Assembly: GCF_900289195.1 (NCBI RefSeq)
Contig: NZ_OMOH01000005.1
Location: 1-32,000 of the forward strand
DNA from: Propionibacterium ruminifibrarum
Lineage (GTDB): Bacteria > Actinomycetota > Actinomycetes > Propionibacteriales > Propionibacteriaceae
DNA length: 32,000 bases
Direction of reading: 5' to 3'
The position numbers and the translations under genes are program-made. The notes under the pieces are model-generated. The model worked only from the letters and a program-made list of their open reading frames with translations. It was not told the origin of the DNA and did no database searches. This document shows, one piece after another, positions 17,705 through 25,371 of this stretch; position 1 is the first letter of the stretch; each line of letters opens with the position of its first letter.

Positions 17705-17784
17705 GCCCAAATTCCCCAGGCGCCGGTTGTGGTCTGCGCGGGGACGACACGACGGTGATGCAGCCCACTGGTTAGGCTGTGGGC

Positions 17785-19158
17785 ATGAGTGAGCAAGGAC
17801 TCCAGCAGGCCAGGCAGAAGATGATCGACGCAGGGGTCGGTCGTACCGCCGTTGACGTGTTCAGCCACCATTACGAGCAGGTGGCGTCCGGAGCCACGGG
17901 CCTCATCAGCGAGGACTCCATCCGCCCGGTCGATGACGTGCCGGGCATCGAGGACATCCGCGTCAGTGATGAGCAGGCCAGGCAGGCTCTCGACCAGACG
18001 GTCTTCATCAAGTTGAACGGCGGGCTCGGCACCTCGATGGGTCTGTCCCGGGCCAAGACCCTTCTCGAGGTGCGTGACGGCCGCAACTTCCTCGACATCA
18101 TCGTCGCCCAGGTACTGGCCGCGCGCCGGACCTACGGGGCGCGCCTGCCGCTGCTGCTCATGGACTCCTTCAACACCCACGACGACACGATCGCCGCCCT
18201 GGCGAAGTACCCCGATCTGCCCGTCGGCGACCTGCCGCTGGACTTCCTGCAGAGCAAGGAGCCCAAGCTCTGGGCCGGCGACCTCACCCCCGCCGAATGG
18301 CCGACCGATCCCGGGCTCGAGTGGTGCCCGCCCGGGCACGGCGACATCTACGCGTCGCTCTACGACAGCGGTCTGCTCGACATGCTGCTCGAAGCCGGCT
18401 ACCGGTATGCGGCGGTCGCCAACTCCGACAACCTCGGCGCCGTACCCGACGCGACGATCGCAGGCTGGTTCGCCGCCACGGGCGCCTCCTGGTGTTCCGA
18501 GGTGTGCGAGCGCACGCCCAATGACCGCAAGGGCGGTCACCTCGCCATCCGCAAGGAGGACGACAGGATCGTGCTGCGCGACACCGCGCAGACCTCCGAT
18601 GAGGACATGGCCTACTTCACCGACGAGACGGTGCACCGCTACTTCAACACCAACAACCTGTGGTGGAACCTCGAGGCCCTCAAATCCAAACTCGACGAGA
18701 CCGGTGGAGTCCTCGACCTGCCGCTCATCCGCAACGTCAAGACCGTCGACCCCAAGGACCCCTCGAGCCCCGAGGTCATCCAGATCGAGAGCGCCATGGG
18801 CGCGGCCGTCGAGCTGTTCGACGACGCCAGGGTGCTCCGGGTCGTCCGCGACCGGTTCGTGCCGGTCAAGAAGACCAACGAGCTGCTCCTGCTGCGCTCA
18901 GACGTGTACGAGATCGGTGACGACGGCGTCCTCAGGGCCCAGGTCGAACGCATCCCCGGGATCGACCTCGGCCCGGCCTACAAGTTCGTTCGCGAGTTCG
19001 ACAAACGCATCCCCCACTCGGTGGGCCTGCGGCAGGCGGGTTCGCTGACCGTCACCGGCGACTGGACCTTCGGCGCCGGGGTCCAGGTGGTTGGTGACGT
19101 CACCCTCGGCGACGAGGGCGGCGTGATAGCCGATGGTGAGGTGCTGCAGGGCAGGTGA
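17785..19158 (+). CDS. UTP--glucose-1-phosphate uridylyltransferase, eukaryote-type UDPGP family
   Basis: FIKLNGGLGTSMG nucleotide-binding loop, LLLMDSFNTHDDT, PPGHGDIY and NSDNLGA are hallmark UDPGP (PF01704-like) motifs. ~457 aa from ATG 17785; a GTG at 17779 is also possible. Confidence 0.85.
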   Translation: MSEQGLQQARQKMIDAGVGRTAVDVFSHHYEQVASGATGLISEDSIRPVDDVPGIEDIRVSDEQARQALDQTVFIKLNGGLGTSMGLSRAKTLLEVRDGRNFLDIIVAQVLAARRTYGARLPLLLMDSFNTHDDTIAALAKYPDLPVGDLPLDFLQSKEPKLWAGDLTPAEWPTDPGLEWCPPGHGDIYASLYDSGLLDMLLEAGYRYAAVANSDNLGAVPDATIAGWFAATGASWCSEVCERTPNDRKGGHLAIRKEDDRIVLRDTAQTSDEDMAYFTDETVHRYFNTNNLWWNLEALKSKLDETGGVLDLPLIRNVKTVDPKDPSSPEVIQIESAMGAAVELFDDARVLRVVRDRFVPVKKTNELLLLRSDVYEIGDDGVLRAQVERIPGIDLGPAYKFVREFDKRIPHSVGLRQAGSLTVTGDWTFGAGVQVVGDVTLGDEGGVIADGEVLQGR

Positions 19159-19532
19159 ACGCTGAACCGCAGCTCGTGACGGCCACGGCCTACGCCCTGG
19201 GCGGCGAGTCGGCCGCCGACATCGATACGGGCGGGGTCGGCTCCCCGGCCGCCCTCGTCGCCCGCCTGAGTGAGACGGGATGGACTGCGGCGAGACTCCG
19301 CGCGTTCCGGGACACCTGCCGCGCGGAGGCCCGGCGCTGGCCGCTGACAGTTCCGGCCGAGATCAGGGCGGGCGCCGGATTCGCCCAGCTGCACGCCTGG
19401 GTCAGGCAGTGCGAGTCGCTGCTCGACCTCGACGCGGTGGACGCCGGTGTGAGGGACCACACGCGCCCGTTCGACCGCGAGGACCTGCGCCTCATGAATG
19501 AACGCCCGCCCCACCACGGGGATGTCGGGTGA
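19155..19532 (+). CDS. Hypothetical protein (125 aa), translationally coupled to UGPase gene
   Basis: GTG start overlaps the UGPase stop (GTGA). Strong GC3 bias supports coding. No recognisable motif. Confidence 0.5.
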   Translation: MNAEPQLVTATAYALGGESAADIDTGGVGSPAALVARLSETGWTAARLRAFRDTCRAEARRWPLTVPAEIRAGAGFAQLHAWVRQCESLLDLDAVDAGVRDHTRPFDREDLRLMNERPPHHGDVG

Positions 19533-19573
19533 GCCCCACCGGTCGGGGACGATCGGGACGTGCGGGCACGCGA

Positions 19574-19606
19574 GAGGGGCCCCGGGCACATGGCCCGGAG
19601 CCCCTC
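19574..19606. terminator. Hairpin between convergent genes (hypothetical / mscL)
   Basis: GAGGGGCCCCGGGC (19574-19587) / GCCCGGAGCCCCTC (19593-19606): 14-bp stem with one mismatch. Confidence 0.5.
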
Positions 19607-19616
19607 GTCGTGCTGG

Positions 19617-20015
19617 TCAGGCCTGGGAGTCGGCGGCGGAACGCTTGGCGCCGCCCTCGGTGGCGAGCAGGTCGCGGATCTCGGTGAGCAGCTCGGCCTC
19701 TGTCGGGGCGGGATCCTCGTCCTCATCCTTCTTCAGGCGGTCCATCAGGGCGTTCGTCGGCTTGACGACCGCGAAGTAGATCACGGCGGCCACCATCAGG
19801 AACGAGATGAGCGCGGTCAGGAAGGTGCCGACCGGGATGCCGCCGGGAGCCCAGTTGTCGAAGTTGGGTTCCCTGCCGCCCAGGACGAGCGAGATGAGGC
19901 TCAGAAGGACGTTGGTGAAGGTGGAGACGACGGCGGCGAACGCGGTGCCGATGATGAAGGCGACGGCGGTCTGGATCAGGTTGCCGCGCATGATGAAATC
20001 TTTGAAACCCTGCAT
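19617..20015 (-). CDS. mscL: Large-conductance mechanosensitive channel
   Basis: MQGFKDFIMRGNLIQTAVAFIIGTAFAAVV is the canonical MscL N-terminus/TM1. A second TM helix and a charged C-terminal helix follow. GAGGAG RBS before ATG 20015. Confidence 0.95.
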   Translation of the reverse strand: MQGFKDFIMRGNLIQTAVAFIIGTAFAAVVSTFTNVLLSLISLVLGGREPNFDNWAPGGIPVGTFLTALISFLMVAAVIYFAVVKPTNALMDRLKKDEDEDPAPTEAELLTEIRDLLATEGGAKRSAADSQA

Positions 20016-20240
20016 GGTTCTCCTCGTGACGTGGATGTGAACTGGAATGGACATGGCGTGACGGCACGCCGGAGTGACTAGTGCCCAACCGGGGTCTTCA
20101 ACCCCTGCAGGGGGCCGAACATTCCCAATTCAAGAAGTCTAGAGAGGATGACCACGCTGCCCCACGGGCGCCGCAGAGTGACATGATCGCCTTGCGACAA
20201 GGTGTTTTGTCCGTATCCTGGGGGATCGGGCGCCGAAAAC

Positions 20241-20873
20241 TCAGGGTGCTTCCAGGATGATGCTCAAGTCATAGGATGCCGAGGCGGCCGCCAGCGTGCT
20301 CGCCTGATCCGCCTCGGCGGCCACGATGATGAGGGCGCCGCCGGAACTCGAACCGCTGAACGAACCAGAGGCCTGCGGCGTGGGCAGCGCGGCGATGCGG
20401 ACATGGTTGACGACCGGGACCGGCTGGCCCTCCGGCCCCAGCGCCACGACCGAGATGAGATCGCCGACCGCGAGGATCGACGCGATGCCCTCGTCGGAGA
20501 TGCGGAAGGGCACCAGCGACAGCCCGTCGGCCGTCGAGACGAGTGAGGATGTGACGATGTCCTCGCCGAGCAGCGTCGCGCCGCTGGGGCGTGGCACGGC
20601 GAGGACCTGCCCGACCACCTGGGACGGGTCGGTCACCGCGGAGTCCGGCACAACCTGAGCGGGCAGTTCGGCGAGGGCGACGTCATCGGCGCCGATCACG
20701 ACACCGGCGGCCAGCGGACGGGCACTGACGACCACCGACCGGGTCGGGCCCGAGCCGGGGGACAGGGCGGCCAGGGCGAAGACCAGCGCGCAGGACGCAG
20801 CGATGACGGCCAGCCCGCGACGGTGCCAGCGCACTGCTCGCAGGAACGAGGAGATCCATCTGCCGGGGTTCAT
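20241..20873 (-). CDS. SAF-domain protein (CpaB/RcpC-like), N-terminal membrane anchor
   Basis: N-terminal TM (GLAVIAASCALVFALAAL), then a SAF-like beta-clip region (VVVSARPLAAGVVIGADDVALAELP). The same position relative to mscL and the FmdB gene holds in other actinobacteria, as I remember. Confidence 0.65.
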   Translation of the reverse strand: MNPGRWISSFLRAVRWHRRGLAVIAASCALVFALAALSPGSGPTRSVVVSARPLAAGVVIGADDVALAELPAQVVPDSAVTDPSQVVGQVLAVPRPSGATLLGEDIVTSSLVSTADGLSLVPFRISDEGIASILAVGDLISVVALGPEGQPVPVVNHVRIAALPTPQASGSFSGSSSGGALIIVAAEADQASTLAAASASYDLSIILEAP

Positions 20874-20983
20874 GCCCGCAGTGTGTGCGGCGGACCCCAC
20901 GGCAGGCAGTTGTCCACAGGGGTTTCAAGGGCGCGTCCGGGCACGGCCACGGTTCGCCGTGCCGTGGCGCCAGGAGAGGGGAA

Positions 20984-21298
20984 TCAGGCGGCCGAATCGC
21001 TCGTGGTCGAGGCGGAGCTGCTGGCGGTGGAGTCGGTCGAGGTCGATGAGGCCGTGGAGGAACTGTTCGAGTCCGAGCCCTGGTGGTCGGAGGCGGGAAG
21101 AGCGGCCGAGGTGGCGCCCTTCGAACGGTTGTCGGTGGCATAGAAGCCCGAACCCTTGAAGACCACGCCGACGGCGCTGTACACCTTGCGCAGGTGCCCC
21201 TGGCAGTTCGGGCAGACGGTGAGGGCGTCGTCCGTGAACTTCTGAACGACCTCGAGATCGTTGTTGCAGTCGTTGCAGTGGTACTGGTAGGTGGGCAT
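20984..21298 (-). CDS. FmdB-family zinc-ribbon protein with Ser/Thr-rich disordered tail (Rv0991c/Ruc-like)
   Basis: MPTYQYHCNDCNNDLEVVQKFTDDALTVCPNCQGHLRKVYS is the CxxC...CxxC FmdB ribbon. The C-terminal half is S/T/A low complexity. Confidence 0.8.
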   Translation of the reverse strand: MPTYQYHCNDCNNDLEVVQKFTDDALTVCPNCQGHLRKVYSAVGVVFKGSGFYATDNRSKGATSAALPASDHQGSDSNSSSTASSTSTDSTASSSASTTSDSAA

Positions 21299-21436
21299 GT
21301 TCTCTCGTCCTCACAGGCCCGGCAGGGTGCGCGGGCCGGGGCAATCCTACGCGCGTCGCGGCCGCGGCTGAAACCGGTCGCCGCGGAACGGACCGGGGCG
21401 ACCGGTCGGCAGGCCGCGGACGAATGCGACGGGCCC

Positions 21437-22111
21437 TCAGACCGGGGTCGGCTGGGCGCGGCTGCTCGTGATGAAACCGCTCATCGGGTGGTCGTGCGGT
21501 TCGCTGGGCAGCCGGTCGGCCACCTCGGTGTCGTTGGCCAGCGCCCAGCAGGGCACTGCGGGCCTGGCGTGTTCGAGGGCCCGGTCGTACCAGCCGCCGC
21601 CGGTGCCGACCCGGCTGCCGTCCAGCCCCACCGCGAGGGCCGAGACGAGCACCAGGTCGGCCTGGGCGAGCGCGCTGGCCGGCAGGGCCTCCCCGGTCGG
21701 GTCGGGGATCGACCGCAACCCCGGTGCCAGGGCATGCGGCCCCTCGTACCAGGCCCAGTTGACGTCGTGGCGGACGGCGCCGTCGGGGAGCCTGCCGAGA
21801 ACCGGCACGAGCACCCGATAGCCCTCGGCCCGCAGGGCCTCAACCAGTTCCAGGGTGTCCGGCTCGCCGGCCGCCGACAGGTAGCAGGCGACGACCGAGC
21901 CGGGCGCGAGGTCGTGGCGGATGAGTCCGAGTGCCAGCCGGGTGCGGGCGCGGTCGTCGGCCCGGCGCTGGGCCCCGGTGACGGCGCTGCGCGCCTGCCG
22001 GGCCGCCCGGCGGATCGTCGTTTTCAGCCCGGCCGGGTCGTTCCCGGCCGCTGCGTCCCCGCCGGTGGGGAGCCGCCGCGCGGTGCGTCCGTCGGGACTG
22101 AGCTGAGGCAT
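21437..22111 (-). CDS. 5-formyltetrahydrofolate cyclo-ligase (MTHFS)
   Basis: C-terminal 224 aa of a spuriously long 631-aa ORF. Motifs: IRRAARQAR (N-terminal helix), PGSVVACYLS, LVPV, VGTGGGWYDR (GxGxGYYDR-type signature). ATG at 22111. Confidence 0.8.
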   Translation of the reverse strand: MPQLSPDGRTARRLPTGGDAAAGNDPAGLKTTIRRAARQARSAVTGAQRRADDRARTRLALGLIRHDLAPGSVVACYLSAAGEPDTLELVEALRAEGYRVLVPVLGRLPDGAVRHDVNWAWYEGPHALAPGLRSIPDPTGEALPASALAQADLVLVSALAVGLDGSRVGTGGGWYDRALEHARPAVPCWALANDTEVADRLPSEPHDHPMSGFITSSRAQPTPV

Positions 22112-22129
22112 GCACATATCGTAAGGACC

Positions 22130-23419
22130 ATGGCACTTTTCGGTCGTAGCAAGAAGTCCGTGGCGGTGAAGCCGGCGGAGCCAGAGGTGAAGCAGCTCGC
22201 CCCCGCCCCCGCGCCCGGACCGCACGGGGCCCGAACGGTTGAGGACCAGCGCGACTGGATCTGCTCGATGATCGAACCACTCATGCCCTTCGGCATGAAC
22301 CTCCTCGACGCCTCGGGCCTGAACCTGTGCGAGGACCTGCTCGCCGACGGCGACCTGCCGGCCCTGCCCGAGGCCGCCTGCGAAGGCTACGCGGTGATCT
22401 CGGTCGACGTACGTGACGTCGACCCCAAGGCGGGTGTCGTCCTCACGATCACCTCCGACGTGCACGAGGAGGCCTCGGCCGTTCCGGTGCTCGTCGGCCA
22501 CCCGATGCCTCCGGGCGCCGACGCCGTCGTGCCGCTCGACGCCGCCGACGTCATCGACGGCGAGAACCTGCTCGTGAGGTGCTCGGTCGAGGCGGGCGCC
22601 AACGTCCGCCAGGTCGGCTCCGACGTCGCGGACGGCTCGGTCATCGCCAAGGCGGGGACGACCCTCGACCCGAGGCTGCTCGGCCTCATCGGCGGCGCCG
22701 GCTTCGACAAGGTGCTGTGCCGCCCCCGCCCGCGCGTCGTCGTCCTGGCGCTGCACGAGAAGGGCCGGCTCAGCCAGGCCTTCGAGGTGACCGCCCAACA
22801 GCACCGCGACGCCGCCTCGTTCATGGTGGCCTCCGCCGCCCGCGACGCCGGTGCCCAGGTGTGGCGCGAGGAATCCGTCGCACAGGACGCGGCCGCCGTC
22901 GCCGAGGCCGTCACCGACCAGCTCATCCGCGCCGACCTGCTCATCACCCTCGGAGGCATCGAGCAGGGCGCCGACGGTCTGCTCGCCGAGGCCCTCACCG
23001 GGCTCGGCCCGGTCGACTTCTCGGCGATCGCCCTGCGCCCCGGCCCGGTCATGGGCTTCGGCCTCATCGGCGCGGACCACGTGCCGGTCCTCATGCTCGG
23101 CTCCGATCCGGCGAGCGCCTACACCGGGTACGAGGCATTCGGACGCCCGGCCATCGCCGCGCTCATGGGCACCGACCATGAACGCGCCGCCACGCAGGTG
23201 AGGCTCGATGCGCCGGTGAGCGGCGAGAGCGGCGTCTGCGAGTACATCCCCGCACAGGTCATGAGCACCCCGGACGGGCTGCACGCGCTGCCACTGACCG
23301 GCCGGCCCGGCAGCCTGGGGCCGGTCGCCCACTGCGACGGCTTCCTCGTGCTCGGCGAGGGCAGCGCGTCGGCGCAGGCCGGCGACCTGATCGACTTCGT
23401 GGCGTTCGGAGACAGGTGA
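22130..23419 (+). CDS. MoeA/gephyrin-E-like protein with degenerate catalytic motifs (possible Glp-type paralog)
   Basis: 429 aa from ATG 22130. MoeA domain order is recognisable (..ACEGYAV.., central MoCF-like domain, C-terminal beta-barrel domain ..GDLIDFVAF). Canonical STGDEL, SGGVSxG, KPGKP and GLPGNPVS are replaced by ALHEKG, LGGIEQG, RPGPV and MLGSDPAS. Confidence 0.8.
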   Translation: MALFGRSKKSVAVKPAEPEVKQLAPAPAPGPHGARTVEDQRDWICSMIEPLMPFGMNLLDASGLNLCEDLLADGDLPALPEAACEGYAVISVDVRDVDPKAGVVLTITSDVHEEASAVPVLVGHPMPPGADAVVPLDAADVIDGENLLVRCSVEAGANVRQVGSDVADGSVIAKAGTTLDPRLLGLIGGAGFDKVLCRPRPRVVVLALHEKGRLSQAFEVTAQQHRDAASFMVASAARDAGAQVWREESVAQDAAAVAEAVTDQLIRADLLITLGGIEQGADGLLAEALTGLGPVDFSAIALRPGPVMGFGLIGADHVPVLMLGSDPASAYTGYEAFGRPAIAALMGTDHERAATQVRLDAPVSGESGVCEYIPAQVMSTPDGLHALPLTGRPGSLGPVAHCDGFLVLGEGSASAQAGDLIDFVAFGDR

Positions 23420-24120
23420 CCCGTTCCCCAGACGCCGACCACGTGGGCGCCGCCACCATGGCAGCAGGCCCCGGGTGGCCGGTCGTCCTGCACCACGACG
23501 GCCTCGTGCTGCGCCCGCTGCGATCCCGTGACGCCGGCCAGTGGACCCGGCTGCGGGCCGTCAACCGCGACTGGACCGGACCCTGGGACTCGACCCTGCC
23601 GGCCGACTCGCGTGAGACCCCGCTCGACTTCGGCCAGCTCGTCCGCCGTTACCGGCGCGCGGGGCGCGAGGGCTCGACCTTCGGCTGGGCCCTCGCCTTG
23701 GACGAGACCGGCCGGACCAGCGCCCGGGCCCTCATGAACGCACCGATCATCGGGCAGATCACCGTCGCCGGCGTCACCTACGGAGCCGCCCAGCAGGCCT
23801 CGATCGGCTACTGGATCGACAAGGGGCACGCCGGACGCGGCTACACGCCGAGAGGTGTCGCCATGGCCGCCGACTTCTGCTTCGGCGTCGTCGGCCTGCA
23901 CCGCCTCGAGATCTGCATCCGACCCGAGAACGGGCCGAGCCACCGGGTCGTCGCCAAGCTCGGCTGGCGCTACGAGGGGCTGCGGCAGCGTTATCTGCAT
24001 ATCAACGGCGACTGGCGCGACCACGACGTCTACGTCCGGACCGCCGAGGAACGCCCGGCGAACGGTGAGCTGCACCGGCTGCTGACCCGCAGCCTCTCGC
24101 CGGATTGGCAGCCTGACTGA
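23416..24120 (+). CDS. GNAT-family N-acetyltransferase (RimJ/RimL-like)
   Basis: LVLRPLRSRDA...W, IGYWIDKGHAGRGYTPRGV (acetyl-CoA loop Q/RxxGxG/A-like), LHRLEICIRPENGPSHRVVAKLGWRYEG. GTG overlaps the moeA-like stop (GTGA); ATG 23458 is an alternative start. Confidence 0.85.
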   Translation: MTRSPDADHVGAATMAAGPGWPVVLHHDGLVLRPLRSRDAGQWTRLRAVNRDWTGPWDSTLPADSRETPLDFGQLVRRYRRAGREGSTFGWALALDETGRTSARALMNAPIIGQITVAGVTYGAAQQASIGYWIDKGHAGRGYTPRGVAMAADFCFGVVGLHRLEICIRPENGPSHRVVAKLGWRYEGLRQRYLHINGDWRDHDVYVRTAEERPANGELHRLLTRSLSPDWQPD

Positions 24121-24225
24121 GAGCGTCGGCAGGACCCTAGGGTGAACCTGTGGGGGTTTTCACAGGGACGCGATGAACCCGGTGGCGGCGTGTAAGCGCC
24201 GGTGACTTGGGGCTGAACCCCTAAC

Positions 24226-25017
24226 TTGTTCCTCGTGGGTGTTACTGGATTGATCTGGCTGGCGATCGTCGCCGGCTGGCTGGCGTATCTGGTTCCACGA
24301 TTCGTGCTGCACAAGGACCCGCGTCTGACGGTGCGTGATGCCCGGATGAGCGACTTCACCGAGTCGATGCGCGTCGTGCGACACAGCAAGGGCACGGTGA
24401 AGCCCGATTTCAGCGAACTCAACGATCCCGCACTCCAGATCTCGACGCCTCTCCAGCGCGAGGCCGTCATGTTCGAGGTGAGGCGCGCGGCGCAGACCGC
24501 GGAGCGCCGCCGCCGTCTCGGGCTCGTCGGCTCGCTCGTCCTCATGATCGCCTCGGTCGTCATCGCGGTGGTGACCTCGGCGCCGTGGTGGCTCTCGCTC
24601 ATCGGCGTCGCACTGCTGGGCGTCTTCGTCGTGGTCAGCCGCATCAGCGTGCGCACCGTCGACGCCATGATCGACGCGAAGCTCGACTCGGTGTACCAGG
24701 ACCAGGACTGGTCCGAGGACACGGTCGCCGTGAACACGGTCGACCTGACCGATGTGCACGACGAGGACACCGAGATCTCGATCTCGTTGGAACTCCCGAT
24801 GGCCTCGTCCATCGGCTCGCTGTGGGAACCCATCGCCGTCACCCCGCCCACCTACGTGTCGAAGCCGCTCGTGCCGCGCTCGGTGCGCACCATCGACCTG
24901 TCCGCCCCGGTGCCGCCGGTCGCGGCCCCGCAGGTGCCCGTCGTCGCCGAGCCCCCGCAGGGCGAGGGGCGCGGGGACGAGGAGCAGGACGATCGTCCGC
25001 GCGCCGTCGGAGAGTGA
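24226..25017 (+). CDS. Conserved membrane protein (Rv0996-position; possible GlpR-like receptor)
   Basis: N-terminal TM helix (GLIWLAIVAGWLAYLV), two central TM helices, acidic/Pro-rich C-terminus. Start is uncertain (TTG 24226 or GTG 24235). Confidence 0.55.
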   Translation: MFLVGVTGLIWLAIVAGWLAYLVPRFVLHKDPRLTVRDARMSDFTESMRVVRHSKGTVKPDFSELNDPALQISTPLQREAVMFEVRRAAQTAERRRRLGLVGSLVLMIASVVIAVVTSAPWWLSLIGVALLGVFVVVSRISVRTVDAMIDAKLDSVYQDQDWSEDTVAVNTVDLTDVHDEDTEISISLELPMASSIGSLWEPIAVTPPTYVSKPLVPRSVRTIDLSAPVPPVAAPQVPVVAEPPQGEGRGDEEQDDRPRAVGE

Positions 25018-25181
25018 GCCACCGGGTTTGGCGAAGTTCCCCTCTGAGCGCCTGCCAGCCGCGGACCGTCGCGATGGAGGCGTCCCGGCGGTCGCCGCTC
25101 CGGCGGCGTGAACGACAGCCGCAGGCGTTTTTCTGGCGCGGGCCGTCCGCGCGACCGAGACCGACCGGCGGGGTCCTCACC

Positions 25182-25211
25182 TTGGGTCAGGGCCCCTGCT
25201 GGTGCTAGGCT
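25182..25211 (+). promoter_or_regulatory. Candidate promoter of tRNA-Ala (TTGGGT-N18-TAGGCT)
   Basis: -10 of the actinobacterial TAnnnT type, ~38 nt upstream of the mature tRNA 5' end. By eye only. Confidence 0.3.
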
Positions 25212-25249
25212 CTGACGTGCTCCGGCGCTTCGCAGGGAGTCCGGTACGA

Positions 25250-25322
25250 GGGGCTATAGCGCAGTTGGTAGCGCGTCTCGTTCGCAATGAGAAGGTCGGG
25301 GGTTCGAATCCCCCTAGCTCCA
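25250..25322 (+). tRNA. tRNA-Ala (anticodon CGC)
   Basis: Hand-folded 73-nt cloverleaf GGGGCTA/TA/GCGC-AGTTGGTA-GCGC/G/TCTCG-TTCGCAA-TGAGA/AGGTC/GGGGG-TTCGAAT-CCCCC/TAGCTCC/A. The G3:U70 alanine identity pair is present. Confidence 0.95.
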
Positions 25323-25329
25323 CTGAATA

Positions 25330-25371
25330 CCTGCTGGCGCTGATATATTGACGCGTCAGCAGGCATTTTTC
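25330..25371 (+). terminator. Intrinsic terminator after tRNA-Ala
   Basis: CCTGCTGGCGC (25330-25340) / GCGTCAGCAGG (25353-25363) stem with one mismatch, AT-rich loop, then CATTTTTC. Confidence 0.6.

Noticed and set aside
21437-23332. A 631-aa minus-strand ORF as a single large gene.
   Set aside because: Only the C-terminal 224 aa (from ATG 22111) look like a real protein (5-formyl-THF cyclo-ligase). The upstream part is antisense to the well-supported moeA-like gene and is compositional noise.
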